From: Eutreptiella sp. 'Long Island Sound 2002'
Lineage: Eukaryota > Protista > Euglenida
NCBI GenBank assembly: GCA_964036045.1
Contig: OZ038378.1
Span: 78,616,001-78,680,000 of the forward strand
Reading direction: 5' to 3'
Length of the DNA: 64,000 nt
In this document: positions 60,186-64,000 of the stretch, piece after piece
Layout of the letters: each line of letters begins with the position of its first letter
How positions within the stretch are numbered: the stretch's first letter is position 1
Program-made: the position numbers and the translations under genes
The notes under the pieces: model-generated
The model's input: the letters and a program-made list of their open reading frames with translations, nothing else
Databases searched by the model: none
What the model was told of the DNA's origin: nothing

Positions 60186-63100
60186 TTGGTATGCGGGGGG
60201 GGGGGGGGGGGGGTTACAGGATGGCAGCCCAAGGAATGGGGATGGGGGATACAGACAGTAGCAAAATCCGCAAAGGAAAACGGGCAGGAAGGTTTGGGGA
60301 AAAATGCAGGCGGTTGCAGCCCCTGGTCGGTCGCCCCGTTATTGGATGCAAGGGTGCTTTGCCGCGTGCTTGGCACCCAACGAGCCCCAGGGAAGTCGAC
60401 AATACCAAATATCAAAATTTAATCATTAGTGTGATTGTTTTACGCGCCTTTCGCAACACAGCTCGCGGCAATTAGCCGTTATTCGCATAGGGTCCCTAGG
60501 AGCCTACAAAATTTGGGGTGCATTTTTTTCCTTCAAAGGTGCCTCCAATATGGGGTCCGACTCCTAGGCCAATTAGGCCTGCACATAGACCATGGGGAAG
60601 GCTGCTTGGTGGACATTCGTGCAATTTTTCTCTGGATTTTTTTACAAGCTGACAAAACATGGCATGGAAGTTAATTTTTGTTCGGCAAGCCGCGTTCAAA
60701 ATTGCTTGCCCTCAGCACTATTCACGCATGAGTGTTTCCCTCTCCTGCCCAGGCATTGAGATAATAATGCAATGACCACCCGTAGCCCCCCAAAACCCTA
60801 GAAGGTGGCGACACACTCAGTAGGGTTTGGGTTTCCCGGTTTTTGGCAGGTCCCCCCCCCCCCCCCGGCTCCCCCCAAAGCCGAATCCCTGGAGTCACGG
60901 CAACATCACTAACCCCGAGTACGCCACCTTGGATGAGGGACACACGGACTCGGCTGGCCTATCCAGGGCACGGCCGAAAATTGCTTTTTGCAAAAAGAGA
61001 CAAAAAGAACATTTGCTTTGCCCCCATGAAGTTGACATTCCATTACGCTTGCTTGTTTTCCTGTTTGTATGAAGCATATGTCGTTGTAGCGAACACTTTT
61101 TTCTTCGTGGTTGTTTGCAGCTTCCCTCATGATGTCGGACATAGCAGGTCCAAAAGGGCACATGCCGCCGGGGGCTAGTTATTAGTAAACGGGACCGGGG
61201 CCCGGTGAACCCCCTAAGTATCAATTGCCTCCAGGGGTCCACATGGGAACAGGCCATGCCGCCATTACACGGAGCCCCCGAAGCCCCAGAAATAGGTTGT
61301 GGTGCAGTGTGCAGTAGCAAAAAGTAGTTGAGGGTGCATCCTCTTTTCCCTCACATTGCGCATCCTCGTCTACACTTCCACACGGGCCGCAATGTTGCAC
61401 AACCTGGCAAATAGTGATTTGTGCATGGCTAGCATCCATCACTCTACCCACGACGTAGTCCGTTAGGGCATGGTTTATGATCACACAGTACGCCACGACC
61501 TTGATCATTATAGACGAGAGGGGTGTGGGCGATGTATTACAAAGCGCAATATTTTTGCTACGCTTTTTGACATTTGCCGCGGCAAAGCACCCCTATACCG
61601 GTGCCCGAGCCCAAATCATTTCCAAAACGACGTATGCAAGGTGCCATAAGAGGGCTGTGTGAAGACCATGGTGCATTTTCCGGAGGCGTTCTTGCTCCGG
61701 GCCGTTGAACACGTTGTGACCTGCGTACTAGCCCCGGGGGGCGGGTGGATTTGGATGTTGCGATCCTAGACCCCAACTTGAGCTCATGCTTTGATGTGTC
61801 AATTTTCCCTGGGTGATTTGCGGGTGGTTTTGTCTTATACCGCTAGACGGAGACCGATTTCTGTGACCAATATGGTGAGAGGCGGGGGCACCCTGTCTAT
61901 GAAGACTCCTGGGCATCTTTGGCTCAATGTAACACATTGGGCGGTGGGTGAAGCAAAGGGCGGCAAGAGTGCCGTGCAATCCAAAGATAAAATGTGCACA
62001 GGAAGGGGCTTCTTGAGGTGGCGTAGAAGTTAAATGCCTCCCCGGCTTACCAATTATCGAGAAAGGCCGGTGCTAGCTCTATGGGGCGGGCAAGAAGAAG
62101 AACCAAAAGGCGACAAACATAGGTGTGTTGCATTGCTGGGCGGTCTTCTCCATGCGGCTTTGCCCTTGGTCCGGGGTTGGGGGGGTCTCCAACAATACCC
62201 CAGCCTAGTGCTTGGGACACTTTTCGGTTTTTGTTTGGGGTTAGGCCGTGTCTTACCTCTGCCAAGGCCAACCCCCGCATCATGGTAGACAATACTTCCA
62301 AGTGCGTTTGCACACCACCAATCCTCATTACTCACACTTCGGCCTCCAGCCAGCGACAGACATCACTACTACCAAGACGCCAACATCCACCACCACCGCC
62401 CCCGCGTGTCCATCCACGTGTGCGGTGACGCCTTCGCTAACAGGGTGTGTGACAACAACACGGGTTGGTCGGGGTACCGTGCACCCAGGATCAACCCCGC
62501 TCTTTCTACGCTTTGATCCGAGAAGAGGGACCTAGATACCAGCTGTCCGCCTGCCACAAGGATACTTGCCCATGCCGCTCAAGGGTGAATTGATACCTCG
62601 ACCACCAAATATCGAAGTGGCCCATGAGGTTCTCAACGGCTAGGCCATCGAATGCTTAGTGTGCACGGCCATGGGGTTGGTGGCCCTTACGAGCGCCGTG
62701 GGGTGGGGTTGGGGGGCTCCACGTTTGCTCGTGCAATCTTTGGTGACGGGTGATGTGGAATGGGTGGGGTGAGGGAAATTGGGGGTCATGATGATTCACA
62801 CTCTGCCGGTGATAGAGGTGGTGGTAGTGTGGGCAGGGGTTTGAGGACGGCCAGTTGAGGGACAATCTACTATGAGAGAAGCTTTTCCGCGTTGTTCTCC
62901 CAAGAGATGCAAGATCGTCCACGAGGAGATGCGGCTCGGGTACCTCCCAATCTCACATCCATTCCATGACGGCAGTGTCAAACACCCATGCCATGATTGC
63001 AAACCTCAAGAAGAAGGTTTGTTGATTACGTGCACGCTAGAGTACATCCTTACCCATCCATAAGCCGGGATAACGCATTTAGTAAAGCAGAGGTTTGGGA

Positions 63101-64000
63101 TTAGGCTCTAGAGGGTCGGTGTTCCGGAAACGTGGTGTTGCCACTAGGGTAGCACTCCTGTACTGATCTTCAACTTACGGGCCATGACCATGGATAATTC
63201 TGGGCTATGGAAATACCTAGATGTGCCCAACCTCCCCACGCTCCCAAGTCCTTCACTCGCAAGAAACAACGGTAGAATGGCGCGGGAATGTGACAATTAA
63301 CTGAGGCGGGTGAGGGTGTTGAGCTTACAGTGGTCCCACCCCGCATCCCACCCCATAACCCCGCAAATTACTTGATGACGTGCCTCTTCTAATTTCCATG
63401 GCCTTTGCAATGTCCGGTATTTTCAGAGTATGTGACCGTACCATCAAGGTCCTCCACAGCCCCGGCCGGAAAGCAACGGCCGCAATAGCAACAGCAACAG
63501 CAACAGCGGCACTAGCACTAGCTACTGGAGGGCCAAGCGATCACACAAGCTGGTAAGCAACATCAGCGAGAGACAAGCAACATAGCACCAAGAGCAACAA
63601 CGGGGCGAGCAATTATAGACCGGTGTTGGAGATGGTGAGTAACACAAGACATCGACAGGGCAATGGGGAATAGCGACAACGGGATCTGCAGGGCGGGTTC
63701 GGCTCGGCCCTTTGTTGTTGCAATGTTTGTCTCTCAAACATAACATCGAAAAACTGCGGAACTTTATCCCCCCCGCACCCCAGATTTTCTCCACCCGTTC
63801 CGAAGCCGCCTTGCAGTCAGCGGGACCCAGGGCGTCTCTGTTCACCGTATACTTAAGCCTATCAAAGAATTTGAGGGGCATGGGAGGTGTGGGGAGAAGG
63901 GAGGGGTCAAGGATTGCATCGGCGGGGGGGGTTTCGGCAAGGGGGCGCTTCGCAAAGGTGTTCGGGGGTAATGAAGACCGGGGGTTTGGCCAATCCCGGA

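Noticed and set aside
1-64000. rRNA, tRNA or spliced-leader RNA genes
   Set aside because: No recognisable conserved sequences or cloverleaf were seen. A covariance-model scan was not run.

Overview
Eukaryotic, repeat-dominated DNA. A protist such as a euglenozoan is an inference only, based on a possible trans-splice acceptor and the intron style. The one recognisable host gene is the 5' part of a glyoxalase II (hydroxyacylglutathione hydrolase): three GT-AG exons at 52.1-55.2 kb that splice into the THxHxDH motif, with later exons not found in the window. Most of the rest is decayed mobile DNA: three piggyBac-like transposase pseudogenes, a chromodomain Ty3/Gypsy pol, an RNase H-bearing LINE, two small TIR elements and several tandem repeats. 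The main finding is a co-oriented block at about 28.5-46 kb. It holds a UPF1/SEN1-like SF1 helicase polyprotein, then a 4.7-kb array of interlocked hairpins (52-bp unit, mirror-inverted halves), then a decayed multidomain reading frame: OTU protease, TET/JBP-like 2OG-Fe(II) dioxygenase, USP (C19) deubiquitinase, ZnF-TTF/hAT transposase, Cys-rich region and HeH/SAP-like motif. This is a candidate giant cargo-carrying hAT transposon with base-modifying and deubiquitinating enzymes. All domain calls are by-eye motif recognition; no database searches were run.
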